Positions 1 through 10,427 of a DNA stretch of 64,000 bases are shown in pieces; the stretch's first letter is position 1, and each line of letters begins with the position of its first letter. Below the pieces are notes generated by a model. The model had not been told where the DNA came from. It saw only the letters and a program-made list of their open reading frames with translations, and searched no databases. This DNA is from Lachnospiraceae bacterium (GTDB lineage Bacteria; Bacillota; Clostridia; Lachnospirales; Lachnospiraceae). Made by a program: the position numbers and the translations under genes. The DNA is taken from the NCBI GenBank assembly GCA_029338875.1, contig JAQYBF010000051.1:15292-79291 (forward strand), written 5' to 3'.

Positions 1-312
1 TCGGATTCTTCGGATAAAGAGGTCTCCGACCAAGCCTCTGAGAGAACTTCCGGAGAAAGGGTTGAGACCTATATTGTAGATACACCGGGCTTCAGCTCGG
101 TTCTGATCCCTGAAATGAAGAAGGAAAGCCTGGATGACTGCTTTCCGGAATTTCATGATTATATCCCGAAGTGCCGCTTTGCAGAATGCGCCCACATCCA
201 TGAACCGGACTGCGCCGTCAAGAATGCGGTCGAAGCTGGCGCCATTGCCAGGAGCCGTTACGAAAACTATCTGCTTCTTTACGAGGAGATTAAGAACCGG
301 AGAAGCTATTAA
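1..312 (+). CDS. rsgA: Ribosome small subunit-dependent GTPase A, C-terminal part (5' truncated by window)
   Basis: Frame 1 is open from base 1. It contains YIVDTPGFSS (G3 motif) and the zinc-finger CRFAECAHIHEPDC, and precedes rpe-thiN as is typical in Firmicutes. Confidence 0.92.
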   Translation, partial: SDSSDKEVSDQASERTSGERVETYIVDTPGFSSVLIPEMKKESLDDCFPEFHDYIPKCRFAECAHIHEPDCAVKNAVEAGAIARSRYENYLLLYEEIKNRRSY

Positions 313-404
313 TGAAAAGAACCGACTGGATCGGGAAGTAATAGATCAGTAAAACCAGGAGTCAGGAATTATTCACTTGAATTGATTCAAAAGGAGTTAG
401 GGCT

Positions 405-1052
405 ATGAATTGTCTTTCACCTTCCATTCTGTCAGCGGACTACTGCAATCTGCAGCGCGATATCCAGACGGCGGATGACGCGGGCGCCCAGTATATCCAT
501 ATTGATGTTATGGACGGTCATTTTGTCCCTTCGATCACGGTGGGGGCACCGGTGGTTCGGAGCATCCGGAATATCACGGACAAAATCCTGGATGTCCACC
601 TCATGGTGGAGCGGCCGGAACGGATGATTTCCGACTTCATCGATGCCGGCGCGGATATCATCACGGTTCATGCGGAGAGCACCAATCATCTGGACCGGGT
701 CATCCGCCAGATCAAGGCCGGCGGTGCCATGGCATCGGTTGCTGTCAATCCCTCGACCCCTCTTTCGGTTCTGGACTATATTTTACCGGAAGTCGATATG
801 GTTCTGGTCATGAGCGTCAACCCCGGGTACGGCGGACAGAAATTCATCCCCTATATCCTGGACAAGCTGAGAGATTTGCAGGCTATACTTTATGAGCGCC
901 ATCTGAAGACTGACGTCGAGGTTGACGGCGGAGTCCGGCTTGACAATCTGGATGCCATCCTGGAGGCCGGCGCCAATGTCATCGTATCGGGCTCGGCGAT
1001 TTTCCATGGCGACATTTCAGAAAATATCGCAGCCTTTCTGGAGAAAATGTAA
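405..1052 (+). CDS. rpe: Ribulose-phosphate 3-epimerase
   Basis: Motifs SPSILSAD, HIDVMDGHFVP, DVHLM, MSVNPGYGGQKF and VDGG; RBS AAGGAG. Confidence 0.97.
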   Translation: MNCLSPSILSADYCNLQRDIQTADDAGAQYIHIDVMDGHFVPSITVGAPVVRSIRNITDKILDVHLMVERPERMISDFIDAGADIITVHAESTNHLDRVIRQIKAGGAMASVAVNPSTPLSVLDYILPEVDMVLVMSVNPGYGGQKFIPYILDKLRDLQAILYERHLKTDVEVDGGVRLDNLDAILEAGANVIVSGSAIFHGDISENIAAFLEKM

Positions 1053-1726
1053 TGCGCACCATTATTCTGTCCGGAGGAAGGATTTCGGATAAGGAAGTGA
1101 AGGAAACAATCGATGAGGCCAGAGCCCTGGGAGAGGACCTGACCGTCATCGCCGCGGATAAGGGTATGGAAGCCGCAGACCGGCTGGGCATTGTCCCCGA
1201 CTGGATCATCGGTGACTTTGATTCGGCGGATTCCTCCATGCTGGACCGGTCCAAGAAACTGGAGAAGACCGGGAAAAGTCAGCTCACTGTTTTAAATCCG
1301 GTCAAGGATGACACGGATTCCGAGGCCGCCCTCCATCTGGCCTTTGAACATACAGAGGGGCCGATTTATTTCTTCGGCGGAAGCGGGACCCGGATCGATC
1401 ATCTCCTGTCGAATCTCATGACCATGAAACAGGGCCTGGACAGGAACCGGGAGATTTTCCTGATCGATGATTATAACCGGGTTCGGCTCATGGATCACGA
1501 TCATCCGGTTTCCATCAGAAAGGTAGACCAGTTCGGCTCTTATGTCAGCGTGATTCCCTTGTCGGGTCCGGCAGAGGGTGTCACATTAAAGGGCTTTTAT
1601 TATCCTCTGGAAAATGCCCTTCTTTCCGGTCGGGATTCTCTGGGAAATTCGAACGAGATCACGGCAGTGGTCGGAGAAATCACAGTAAGAAGCGGAGTCC
1701 TGGCTGTGATCGAATCCAGGGACTGA
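1052..1726 (+). CDS. thiN: Thiamine diphosphokinase
   Basis: Motifs AADKG, IGDFDS, KDDTD, GTRIDH and GNSNE; overlaps the rpe stop codon. Confidence 0.93.
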   Translation: MRTIILSGGRISDKEVKETIDEARALGEDLTVIAADKGMEAADRLGIVPDWIIGDFDSADSSMLDRSKKLEKTGKSQLTVLNPVKDDTDSEAALHLAFEHTEGPIYFFGGSGTRIDHLLSNLMTMKQGLDRNREIFLIDDYNRVRLMDHDHPVSIRKVDQFGSYVSVIPLSGPAEGVTLKGFYYPLENALLSGRDSLGNSNEITAVVGEITVRSGVLAVIESRD

Positions 1727-1754
1727 GCCCTGAAAGGGTTTCGAGAGGACTTAT

Positions 1755-2942
1755 ATGATTTACGAATATCCCGATTATTATAAGGAATTTCACTGCATCG
1801 GAGGCGTCTGCAAGGACAGCTGCTGTGCCGGCTGGGAAGTGGATATCGATGATGATACGGCGGAAATGTATAAGAATGTGCCCCTTCCGATCGGAGACCG
1901 GCTTCGGGAAAAGCTGATCGGCGACAGGAGCCATTACCGTTTCAAGCTCTGTCCGGATAAAAGGTGCCCCTTCTTGAATTCTGATCAGCTTTGTGACATT
2001 ATTCTTGCTATGGGCCAGGGCGGCCTGTCGGTCACCTGTACCGAATATCCCCGCTATACCATTGAGACGCCCTTTTATCAGCTGACGGATCTGACTCTGT
2101 CCTGCCCGGAGGCTTCCCGGATTTTCTTTTCGACCGAAGATCCGGTCACCTATGAAGAGCGGGAAGAGGAATATCACGACACTGACTGGGAAGAAGACCC
2201 TTTTTCGGATGAGGACTTTGACGAGGAAGACTCTGAGGATGAGGATTTCGATTTCGATGAGTGTCCGGATGATGATACAGAGGATTCTGCCGGTGGGTCA
2301 AAAGAGAACGAAGGAAATTATTCCGAAGCAGACTCTGCAGATGATATGTATGATTCTGCAGAAGATCCGAAGGAAAGAGAACAGAGACTGGCTGCAGATA
2401 AGGCCCGTCTGGATCGGGTACTGGCTCTACGCCGGGATGTCATGAAGATCCTTAAGGACCGGTCCCTTCCCATTTCAGAAAGAGATCGAAGGATTGCAGC
2501 TCTCTTCGGAGAGAATCCGGATCAGCTTTCAGCCGGGACCCGGGCAGAGGATGAGCTCCTTCTGGAAAAGCTCATGGCCATGGAGGAGGTCAATCCTGAC
2601 TGGCATGAGATCAAGCTGTCCCTTTCATCGAATCTGAAGAAAGTGGAAGATCGGGCAGACAGGCTTTTATCCGAGGGCGGTCCCTGGCTTTGGAACCGGC
2701 TGGAACGCTTCCGGTCTTATCTGTACTTTCGATACACGATAGAGATCTATGAGGGGAAAGACCCCGGACAGGTCTTACGTTTCATTCGGCGCTGCTGCCG
2801 CTTCCTGGACCTGCTTCTGGCGGAGTGGTGTCTCTCACATGATGCGGATTTGATTCCGCAGACGGCCCTGGAAGACCGGGCCAGAATTTTCTCGAGGCAG
2901 GTGGAGCATTCCAGAGAGAATGTGGAAGACCTGCTCTTCTAA
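1755..2942 (+). CDS. FliB-family (flagellin lysine-N-methylase-like) Cys-rich protein with a long acidic insertion
   Basis: Motifs YPDYYKEFHCIGGVCKDSCCAGWEVDID, CPFL, C-x-x-YPR, LSCPEA and C-terminal FSRQVEHS. Confidence 0.75.
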   Translation: MIYEYPDYYKEFHCIGGVCKDSCCAGWEVDIDDDTAEMYKNVPLPIGDRLREKLIGDRSHYRFKLCPDKRCPFLNSDQLCDIILAMGQGGLSVTCTEYPRYTIETPFYQLTDLTLSCPEASRIFFSTEDPVTYEEREEEYHDTDWEEDPFSDEDFDEEDSEDEDFDFDECPDDDTEDSAGGSKENEGNYSEADSADDMYDSAEDPKEREQRLAADKARLDRVLALRRDVMKILKDRSLPISERDRRIAALFGENPDQLSAGTRAEDELLLEKLMAMEEVNPDWHEIKLSLSSNLKKVEDRADRLLSEGGPWLWNRLERFRSYLYFRYTIEIYEGKDPGQVLRFIRRCCRFLDLLLAEWCLSHDADLIPQTALEDRARIFSRQVEHSRENVEDLLF

Positions 2943-2956
2943 GGAGAATTATTGAA

Positions 2957-3694
2957 ATGAAGAAAACGATTGTGGAATTTATTATTACGCTTCTGATTCT
3001 TGTCATGTCGCTTGCCATTGGCGGCTATGTCCTTCATCTTCTGATTGAAAGGAAGGGCGATATTTTCGGCCGCAATACACAGACCACAACTCAGACAAGC
3101 AGTACTTCCAAGTCCAAGACGGCCAAAACGACATCCACGAAATCAACGCAGGCCGATGACTATACAGGAACCATGTGGATCGGCGATTCCCGTTTCGTCG
3201 GCATGGACAAGGCCGTAGACATCACATCGACCGACCGGAATTTCCTCGTGGCAAAGATCGGCCAGGGCCTGCCCTGGTTCAAGAATACGGCTCTGACCAG
3301 TGTAAAGAAGATCCGTTCCAAGAATTCCGCCTTAAAGACCTGGCGCTATGTCATCTGTCTGGGCGTCAATGATCTCAAAGACATCGATAATTACATTGAA
3401 GAATATAAGACTCTGACAGCAGAGGATTCAAAGATTGAACTGATTCTGGTTTCTGTGAATCCGGTCAAGGACTATCCGTCTATTTCCAATAGCCAGATCG
3501 AAGCCTTTAACGAAAAGCTGAAGGATGCCTGTGACGAGAACGGCTGGTATTATATTGATACCTACACGACTCTAATGGACCAGGGCTACAAGACGACAGA
3601 CGGTCTGCATTATGACAATGATACCTATCAGACCATCTATCAGGGAATCCTGGACGGTCTGTCAGACTATGAGAGTCAGAAGCAGAAGAACTGA
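2957..3694 (+). CDS. Membrane-anchored SGNH/GDSL hydrolase family protein
   Basis: N-terminal TM helix, Thr/Ser/Lys linker, then IGDSR, LGVND and DGLH blocks. Confidence 0.8.
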   Translation: MKKTIVEFIITLLILVMSLAIGGYVLHLLIERKGDIFGRNTQTTTQTSSTSKSKTAKTTSTKSTQADDYTGTMWIGDSRFVGMDKAVDITSTDRNFLVAKIGQGLPWFKNTALTSVKKIRSKNSALKTWRYVICLGVNDLKDIDNYIEEYKTLTAEDSKIELILVSVNPVKDYPSISNSQIEAFNEKLKDACDENGWYYIDTYTTLMDQGYKTTDGLHYDNDTYQTIYQGILDGLSDYESQKQKN

Positions 3695-3800
3695 TGGAAA
3701 GACTGAGATTGATTTTCGGGTCTGAAATATAGACCGAAAAAAGGCAGTCTGAGAAGAGGGTCTGCCTTTCAAAAATAGAGTACAGAAAAAGGGAGGAGAA

Positions 3801-4142
3801 TCAGGCGTTATAGATCTTGGCCTGTTCATTGAGCCAGCTGCAGATGGCTGAGATTCCTTCTTTGGAAAAGGCCTCCTGGTGTGAGGTCTTTTTTTCTTTT
3901 GTATGGGCGAGGGCATAGGGGCCCTTCCAGATGGTGGCCTGAAGACGCTTCTCCATGGGCGCCGGCTTTTCTTCATCGCCGGAATTGGATGCCTGGACTT
4001 CGTTTTCCTCGGAAGATACGGGTTCTTCCGGTTCGACCGGAACCTCGACCTTCTCTATTCGAAAGCACATTTTGCCGGAGCTTCCGGTATAGGGAGATTT
4101 TTTATAAAATTCCAGTGATAAGAGATCTTTTTCGGCAATCAT
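3801..4142 (-). CDS. Conserved hypothetical protein
   Basis: 113-aa ORF with RBS GGAG; reads as a real protein (SLEFYKKSPYTGS, ATIWKGPY) with a central Glu/Pro/Ser-rich loop. Confidence 0.7.
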   Translation of the reverse strand: MIAEKDLLSLEFYKKSPYTGSSGKMCFRIEKVEVPVEPEEPVSSEENEVQASNSGDEEKPAPMEKRLQATIWKGPYALAHTKEKKTSHQEAFSKEGISAICSWLNEQAKIYNA

Positions 4143-4317
4143 GTTTTTCTCCGTTGGAATGACTTCTGACAGGGGTTATAATAAATAAGTTAGTGAGTAT
4201 ACAGCCTTACATATTCATATTATGATGCGGATGTCATAAGCCAGTGTGAGTGAAGTCTTTTGACACTGTTATCATTATAGTAAATGAAAATCTGCTTGGA
4301 AAGAGAAAGAGGATGCT

Positions 4318-5052
4318 ATGCCGCAGGGAAACCCGAGAGCAGGAGAATTCTACCTGCATTTCAAAAAGAAACTTTATCAGGTCCTGACCATTGCAACCCA
4401 CTCGGAGACCCGGGAGCGCCTGGTGATCTATCAGGCTCTTTACGGTGACTACGGGGTTTACGCCAGACCTTATGATATGTTTATCAGCGAAGTCGATCAC
4501 GAGAAGTATCCGGAGGTCGAGGCAAAGTACCGCTTCACCCTGGTGGAGCCAGGGCAGCTCGGAGTGCTGAAGGGATCACATGGATCAGACAATGCGGCTG
4601 AAACGGCCGATCTGATCGAATCGATTCCTGCAGCAGATCAGAATTCTTCCACTTCAGAACCAAAGAATCCCACTCTGACAAGGGAGACTGTCGGCTATGT
4701 CGGAAAAGAAGCTCCTGCGAGCGGGATTCTGACGGAAGATCATGAAGAAACACCATTAAAGACAGCTCCGACAGAATCACCTGACAAAGAGGATGCGGAG
4801 GAAGAAGCCCTGGAAGAAGCCGGAGTCAATCCCCTTCTTCTGGATTTCCTGGACGAGGAGAATTTCGGAAGGAAATACAAGATCCTCGAAGCTATGCAGG
4901 AAGAGGGTGACATCAATGATACCCTGATCGACAACATGGCGGCATCCATTGATGTGGTCATCCCGGACGGACCGGTCGATGACCGTTTCGACCATCTGAA
5001 GTATGCCGTCTCCAAACGGATGCAGTTTGAAACCGATCGTTTCAGAAGATAA
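4318..5052 (+). CDS. DUF1653 domain-containing protein
   Basis: N-terminal YLHFK..YQV..IATHSET..LVIYQALYGDYGVYARPYDMF..RF, then a low-complexity linker and an acidic C-terminal domain. Confidence 0.85.
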   Translation: MPQGNPRAGEFYLHFKKKLYQVLTIATHSETRERLVIYQALYGDYGVYARPYDMFISEVDHEKYPEVEAKYRFTLVEPGQLGVLKGSHGSDNAAETADLIESIPAADQNSSTSEPKNPTLTRETVGYVGKEAPASGILTEDHEETPLKTAPTESPDKEDAEEEALEEAGVNPLLLDFLDEENFGRKYKILEAMQEEGDINDTLIDNMAASIDVVIPDGPVDDRFDHLKYAVSKRMQFETDRFRR

Positions 5053-5090
5053 GAAATCTATAGAAAAGAACCGTTTTCGGAGGTAGAGCA

Positions 5091-5591
5091 TTGGAAATCG
5101 AGAGAAAATATCGTCTGAAGACCCTTCCGGAGAACCTGGAATCCTATCCCCACTATACAATTGAGCAGGGCTATCTCTGTACGGATCCTGTGGTCCGGGT
5201 CCGGAGGTCCGGTCCGCTGACGGATGGGAAGAAGGTCTATAAAAAGGGACACTGTACCCTGGTTTATAAGTCCAGCGGCCTTCTGGCCCACGAAGAGGAA
5301 AGCTTTTCCCTGAGCGAGGAAGCCTATCAGCATCTGAAGGAAAAGGCCGACGGGGTCGTGATCAAGAAGACCCGCTATCGGATTCCCTATGATCCCTATG
5401 TGATCGAGCTGGATCTTTTCGAAAATGTGAAGGATCCGAAAGCACCGGATCGGCTGCTTTGCATGGCAGAGGTTGAATTCCCCGGTGTGAAAGAGGCGGA
5501 CAGTTTTGAGCCGGCCGACTGGTTCGGCGAGGATGTGACCATGGATAAGCGTTATCACAATTCGGCCATGATCTTTCCGGCCGATGGCTGA
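5091..5591 (+). CDS. CYTH domain protein
   Basis: Motifs EIERKY, IEQGYL, RVR, KTRY, ELD and AEVEF; TTG start after GGAGG. Confidence 0.9.
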   Translation: MEIERKYRLKTLPENLESYPHYTIEQGYLCTDPVVRVRRSGPLTDGKKVYKKGHCTLVYKSSGLLAHEEESFSLSEEAYQHLKEKADGVVIKKTRYRIPYDPYVIELDLFENVKDPKAPDRLLCMAEVEFPGVKEADSFEPADWFGEDVTMDKRYHNSAMIFPADG

Positions 5592-5699
5592 AAAAGAAGA
5601 GATCCGGAAATCCCGGCAGATGAACGGACCGGCAGAGGCCCGGAATCAATAAGAAAAATCGTAATTCATCCTGTGATTCGTAAGAAAGGAGACTTCCAA

Positions 5700-6251
5700 A
5701 TGAGTAAACTTGCAATCTGCATGGCAGACGGTGTGGAAGAAATAGAAGGACTGACAGTTGTAGACCTCTTGAGAAGAGCCGATATCGAGATCGATATGAT
5801 CTCGACCCAGAACCGGGGAAAGGCCATGGGCAGCCACAAGATTCAGTTTGAAACCGATATCAATCTGAGAGAGGCCGATCTGAAGAGCTATGACGGCATC
5901 GTTCTTCCAGGCGGCATGCGTGGCACCGAGAACCTTTTGAACAATGTCACCATCATCAATACCATTCAGAACTTCTTCGAGCAGGGCAAGCTCTGCGCAG
6001 CCATCTGCGCCGCACCTACCGTTCTCGGCAAGGCCGGTATTCTCCGCGGAAAGAGGGCCATCTGCTATCCGGGCATGGAGGACAAGCTTCTGGGAGCAGA
6101 GGTCACGTTAGAACCCGTTGTCGTTGACGGAAACATCATTACCAGCCGGGGCCTCGGCACTGCCATTCCTTTCGCTCTGGCCATCATCACCTATATCAAG
6201 GGACAGGATGAGGCCGACCGGATCGCAGAGAAGATCGTATTCAAGGCCTGA
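5700..6251 (+). CDS. DJ-1/PfpI (ThiJ/YajL) family protein
   Basis: Motifs GVEEIE, LPGG, AAICAAP and ITSRGLGTA; start placed at ATG 5700 after AAGGAG. Confidence 0.92.
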   Translation: MSKLAICMADGVEEIEGLTVVDLLRRADIEIDMISTQNRGKAMGSHKIQFETDINLREADLKSYDGIVLPGGMRGTENLLNNVTIINTIQNFFEQGKLCAAICAAPTVLGKAGILRGKRAICYPGMEDKLLGAEVTLEPVVVDGNIITSRGLGTAIPFALAIITYIKGQDEADRIAEKIVFKA

Positions 6252-6286
6252 GGGCTGAATTTATAAGATTTTCAGGGGAAAGCACG

Positions 6287-6315
6287 TTGTTTTTCAAAAA
6301 ATGATATGTTATAAT
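6287..6315 (+). promoter_or_regulatory. Sigma-A promoter for tig
   Basis: TTGTTT-17 bp-TATAAT with an extended -10 TG. Confidence 0.6.
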
Positions 6316-6445
6316 TCTTTACTGTCTGCACGGGTATTTTATGCCCGCTTCAGGAAATAAGATAAAACAGCAGTATCTGTCTGAAAGAATTTTCATTTCC
6401 GAATAGACCAGGCATTTTTAAACCAAGGAGGAATAAATAAACAAA

Positions 6446-7795
6446 ATGAGCGTACAGGTAGAAAACTTAGAGCACAATATGGCCAAGCTGACCGTCACTG
6501 TTGATGCATCAGCATTTGAGAAGGCACTGAACCAGGCCTATAACCGTGAGAAGAAGCAGATCAACATCCCGGGCTTCCGTAAGGGCAAGGCTCCGAGAAA
6601 GCTGATCGAAGCGGAATATGGTAAGAATGTTTTCTATGAGGGCGCAGGCAATATCCTGATTCAGGATGAATATCCCAAGGCTTATGATGAGTCCGGTCTT
6701 GAAATCGTATCTCAGCCTGAGATCGAGATCACTCAGATGGAATCCGGCAAGGACTTCATCTTTACCGCAACTGTAGCTGTAAAGCCGGAAGTTAAGCTTG
6801 GCAAGTATGCCGGTGTTACCGTAACCAAGATCGACACCACCGTATCCGACGAGGATGTCGACAAGGAAGTTGAGGCTCAGCTGAATAACAACGCGCGCAC
6901 CGTTACCGTTGACCGTGAGATCCAGGACAAGGACACCGCAGATATCAACTTCGAGGGCTTTGTAGACGGCAAGGCATTCGAAGGTGGCAAGGGTGAGAAC
7001 TACAAGCTTGAGATCGGTTCTCACAGCTTCATCGATACCTTCGAGGATCAGCTGATCGGCAAGAAGGCCGGCGATGACGTAGAAGTCAACGTAACCTTCC
7101 CTGAGAACTATCAGGCATCCGAGCTTGCCGGCAAGCCCGCTCTCTTCAAGGTTCATGTCAACAGCGTATCCGCCAAGGAAGTTCCTGAGCTGAACGATGA
7201 TTTCGCAGGCGACCAGGGCTTCGATACCGTAGATGATTACAAGGCTGACGTCAAGAAGCATCTGGAAGAGAACAAGGAAAACGCTGCAAAGCGGACTAAG
7301 GAAGAGGAAGCAATCGCAAAGATCGTTGCTGACGCTGAGATGGATATCCCGGATGCCATGGTTAAGTCCCAGGAAGATTCCATGATCAATGAGATGGCTC
7401 AGAACATGGCTCGTCAGGGTCTGTCCATGCAGCAGTACTTCCAGTTCACCGGAACCACCATGGAGCAGCTTCGCGAGCAGGTGAAGCCGGACGCTCTGAA
7501 GAGAATCCAGAACTCCCTGGTACTTGAGGCCATTGCTGATGCCGAGAAGCTCGAAGCCAGCGATGAGGATGTCGATGCTGACATCAAGAAGACAGCAGAA
7601 CAGTACGGCATGAAGTTCGAAGACCTTGTCAAGAACGTATCCGATACTGACAGAGATAATATCAAGGCAGATCTCCGTATCCAGAAGGCAATCGACTTCG
7701 TTATGGACAACTGCAAGGAGAGAAAGAAGCCGGAAAGAAAGGCCAAGACAGAAGATAAGGACAAGACCGAGAACAAGGAAGGCTCCGAAGAGTAA
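6446..7795 (+). CDS. tig: Trigger factor
   Basis: IPGFRKGKAP ribosome-binding motif and FKBP domain (FEGG, FEDQLIG, FPENY). Confidence 0.98.
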   Translation: MSVQVENLEHNMAKLTVTVDASAFEKALNQAYNREKKQINIPGFRKGKAPRKLIEAEYGKNVFYEGAGNILIQDEYPKAYDESGLEIVSQPEIEITQMESGKDFIFTATVAVKPEVKLGKYAGVTVTKIDTTVSDEDVDKEVEAQLNNNARTVTVDREIQDKDTADINFEGFVDGKAFEGGKGENYKLEIGSHSFIDTFEDQLIGKKAGDDVEVNVTFPENYQASELAGKPALFKVHVNSVSAKEVPELNDDFAGDQGFDTVDDYKADVKKHLEENKENAAKRTKEEEAIAKIVADAEMDIPDAMVKSQEDSMINEMAQNMARQGLSMQQYFQFTGTTMEQLREQVKPDALKRIQNSLVLEAIADAEKLEASDEDVDADIKKTAEQYGMKFEDLVKNVSDTDRDNIKADLRIQKAIDFVMDNCKERKKPERKAKTEDKDKTENKEGSEE

Positions 7796-7846
7796 GATCC
7801 GACTGCCAGACCAGAGAAATACAGACCGGCGTGAAGGAGGCAAAAT

Positions 7847-8449
7847 ATGGCAACAATTCCTTATGTCATTGAACAGAATTCCAGAGGAGAGCGTAGTTAT
7901 GATCTCTACAGCCGTCTTCTGAAAGACCGGATTATTTTCCTCGGAGAAGAGGTAAACGAGACAACCGCTCAGATCGTAATCGCTGAGCTCCTTTTCCTGG
8001 AATCCCAGGATCCCAACAAGGACATCAACCTTTACATCAATTCCCCCGGAGGAATGGTTACTGCAGGCCTTGGTATCTACGATACCATGCAGTACATCAA
8101 GTGCGATGTCTCCACTATCTGCGTAGGCATGGCCGCTTCCATGGGTGCATTTCTTCTGGCCGGCGGAACCAAGGGCAAGCGTTATGCCCTTCCGAATTCC
8201 GAGATCATGATTCATCAGCCTTCCGGCGGAACCAAGGGTCAGGCGACCGAGATTCAGATCGCTGCAGAGAACATCCTGAAGGTGAAGGAAAAACTCAACC
8301 GGATGCTGGCTGCAAATACCGGACAGCCTTATGAGAAGGTCTGCCAGGATACCGAGCGTGATCATTATCTGGATGCCCAGGAAGCCCTGGATTATGGTCT
8401 GATCGACCAGATCATCACCAGTCGTGCAGACGGTGAGAATAAGGATTGA
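7847..8449 (+). CDS. clpP: ATP-dependent Clp protease proteolytic subunit
   Basis: Motifs [24 protein letters not shown] (Ser), MIHQP (His) and DTERD. Confidence 0.98.
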   Translation: MATIPYVIEQNSRGERSYDLYSRLLKDRIIFLGEEVNETTAQIVIAELLFLESQDPNKDINLYINSPGGMVTAGLGIYDTMQYIKCDVSTICVGMAASMGAFLLAGGTKGKRYALPNSEIMIHQPSGGTKGQATEIQIAAENILKVKEKLNRMLAANTGQPYEKVCQDTERDHYLDAQEALDYGLIDQIITSRADGENKD

Positions 8450-8450
8450 T

Positions 8451-8484
8451 AGAAGGAGGGTATCCCTTTTGGGGTACCCTTTCT
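8451..8484 (+). terminator. Hairpin between clpP and clpX (partial terminator or processing stem)
   Basis: AGGGTATCCC-TTTT-GGGGTACCCT followed by TTCTC. Confidence 0.45.
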
Positions 8485-8503
8485 CTCACAAGAAAGGATA
8501 ACT

Positions 8504-9817
8504 ATGGCACAGAGAAAAGATCATGAGATCCACTGCTCTTTCTGCGGAAAGCCCGAGTCCCAGGTCCGGAAGATGATTTCCGGCCCCAACGGCGTGTTCA
8601 TCTGTGATGAATGCGTGGATATCTGCAGCGAGATCATTGATGAGGATTTCGGAGTGGAAGAGGACAACGGCAGAGAAGATGAGCCGGCTGACATCAACCT
8701 GAAGAAACCGGAAGAACTGAAAGCCTTCCTGGATCAGTATGTCATCGGTCAGGATGAAGCCAAGAAAGTGCTTTCCGTTGCCGTCTATAATCACTATAAG
8801 AGAATCCTGTCCAAGAAAAAAACAGATGTGGAGCTGCAGAAGAGTAATGTTCTCCTTCTGGGACCGACCGGTTCCGGAAAAACCCTCCTGGCCCAGACCC
8901 TGGCCCGGGAACTTGGCGTGCCCTTCGCCATTGCCGATGCAACGACTCTGACCGAGGCCGGCTATGTCGGCGAAGACGTCGAGAACATCCTTCTCAAGCT
9001 GATCCAGGCCGCAGATTATGATATCCGCCGGGCCGAGATCGGCATCATCTACATCGACGAGATCGATAAGATCGCCAAGAAGTCCGAGAATGTCTCCATC
9101 ACCCGTGACGTATCCGGTGAGGGCGTTCAGCAGGCACTTCTGAAGATTCTGGAAGGCACCATCGCATCGGTTCCCCCTCAGGGCGGCCGTAAGCATCCCC
9201 AGCAGGAGCTGATCCAGATCGATACCACCAACATCCTCTTCATCTGCGGCGGAGCCTTTGAGGGCCTCGACAAGATCATCGAAGAGAGAACCGAATCCGC
9301 ATCCATGGGCTTCGGCGCATCCGTCAAAGCCAAGGAAGATATCAAGGTCGGCGATGTCTTACGGAAGGCCCTGCCTCAGGATTTCGTCAAGTTCGGCCTG
9401 ATCCCTGAATTCATCGGACGTGTTCCCATCAATGTCGCTCTGGATCAGCTGACCGAGGAGGATATGATCCGTATCCTGACCGAGCCGAAGAACTCCCTGA
9501 CCAAGCAGTATCAGGCCCTTTTCGAGATGGACGGCGTCAACCTGGTCTTCGAGCCCGATGCCTTGAAGGAAATCGCTGAGAAGTCCATCCAGCGTAAGAC
9601 CGGCGCCCGCGGCCTTCGTGCCATCATGGAAGCCGTTATGATGGATGATATGTATCACATCCCTTCGGATGAGAAGGTGAAGGAAGTCCGGATCACCAAG
9701 GAAAAGGTAGACCAGAACCTGATTTTCCGCGATCACGAGGACAGGATTCCTTCCATCGAGGAAAAGAAGACCGATTCGAAAGCGGATTCTGACGAAGAAG
9801 ATCAGAAGAGTGCCTAA
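8504..9817 (+). CDS. clpX: ATP-dependent Clp protease ATP-binding subunit
   Basis: C4 zinc finger CSFCGK..CDEC, Walker [27 protein letters not shown] and TGARGLR. Confidence 0.98.
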   Translation: MAQRKDHEIHCSFCGKPESQVRKMISGPNGVFICDECVDICSEIIDEDFGVEEDNGREDEPADINLKKPEELKAFLDQYVIGQDEAKKVLSVAVYNHYKRILSKKKTDVELQKSNVLLLGPTGSGKTLLAQTLARELGVPFAIADATTLTEAGYVGEDVENILLKLIQAADYDIRRAEIGIIYIDEIDKIAKKSENVSITRDVSGEGVQQALLKILEGTIASVPPQGGRKHPQQELIQIDTTNILFICGGAFEGLDKIIEERTESASMGFGASVKAKEDIKVGDVLRKALPQDFVKFGLIPEFIGRVPINVALDQLTEEDMIRILTEPKNSLTKQYQALFEMDGVNLVFEPDALKEIAEKSIQRKTGARGLRAIMEAVMMDDMYHIPSDEKVKEVRITKEKVDQNLIFRDHEDRIPSIEEKKTDSKADSDEEDQKSA

Positions 9818-9824
9818 AGTGCCT

Positions 9825-10427
9825 ATGAAAATTATTGATGCAGAACTTGAAACCGTATGCGGGATCACCAGTAAGCTTCCCAAGAACCATCTGCCCGAGA
9901 TCGCTTTCTGCGGCCGGAGCAATGTCGGAAAATCCTCTCTCATCAATACCCTGATGGAGAGGAAGAAGCTTGCCAGGACTTCCCAGCAGCCCGGAAAAAC
10001 CCAGACCCTGAATTTCTACAAGGTGAATTCAGCGCTTTATCTGGTGGATCTGCCGGGCTACGGCTATGCTAAAAATTCACAGGCCAACCGGGAGGCCTGG
10101 GGCTGGATGATTCAGAATTATCTGACCGGCTCCGAAATGCTCCGGTACGTCTTCCAGCTGGTGGATATCCGCCACGATCCTACGGAAGACGATCAGAAGA
10201 TGTATGACTGGCTGACCTATCTGGGATTTGATCCGATCATCATCGCAACGAAATCTGATAAATTAAAGCCAAGAGAGATTGAGGCCCACCTGGACCGGAT
10301 CTCTGAGGTGCTGGGTCTGGAGAGCGATGCGATTATTGTGCCCTTCTCCTCTGTGACCAAACAGGGTCTGGATACCCTGAATGACTTTATGGACCAGGTT
10401 ATCGAAAACGAAAAGGAAATGAAATGA
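9825..10427 (+). CDS. engB: Ribosome biogenesis GTP-binding protein YihA/YsxC (start may be GTG 9810)
   Basis: Motifs GRSNVGKSS, PGKT, DLPGYGY and TKSDK. Confidence 0.95.
   Translation: MKIIDAELETVCGITSKLPKNHLPEIAFCGRSNVGKSSLINTLMERKKLARTSQQPGKTQTLNFYKVNSALYLVDLPGYGYAKNSQANREAWGWMIQNYLTGSEMLRYVFQLVDIRHDPTEDDQKMYDWLTYLGFDPIIIATKSDKLKPREIEAHLDRISEVLGLESDAIIVPFSSVTKQGLDTLNDFMDQVIENEKEMK

Noticed and set aside
6509-8365. 618-aa minus-strand ORF antisense to tig-clpP
   Set aside because: Shadow ORF from the strong codon bias of highly expressed genes; no motifs and Leu/Val-rich antisense composition.
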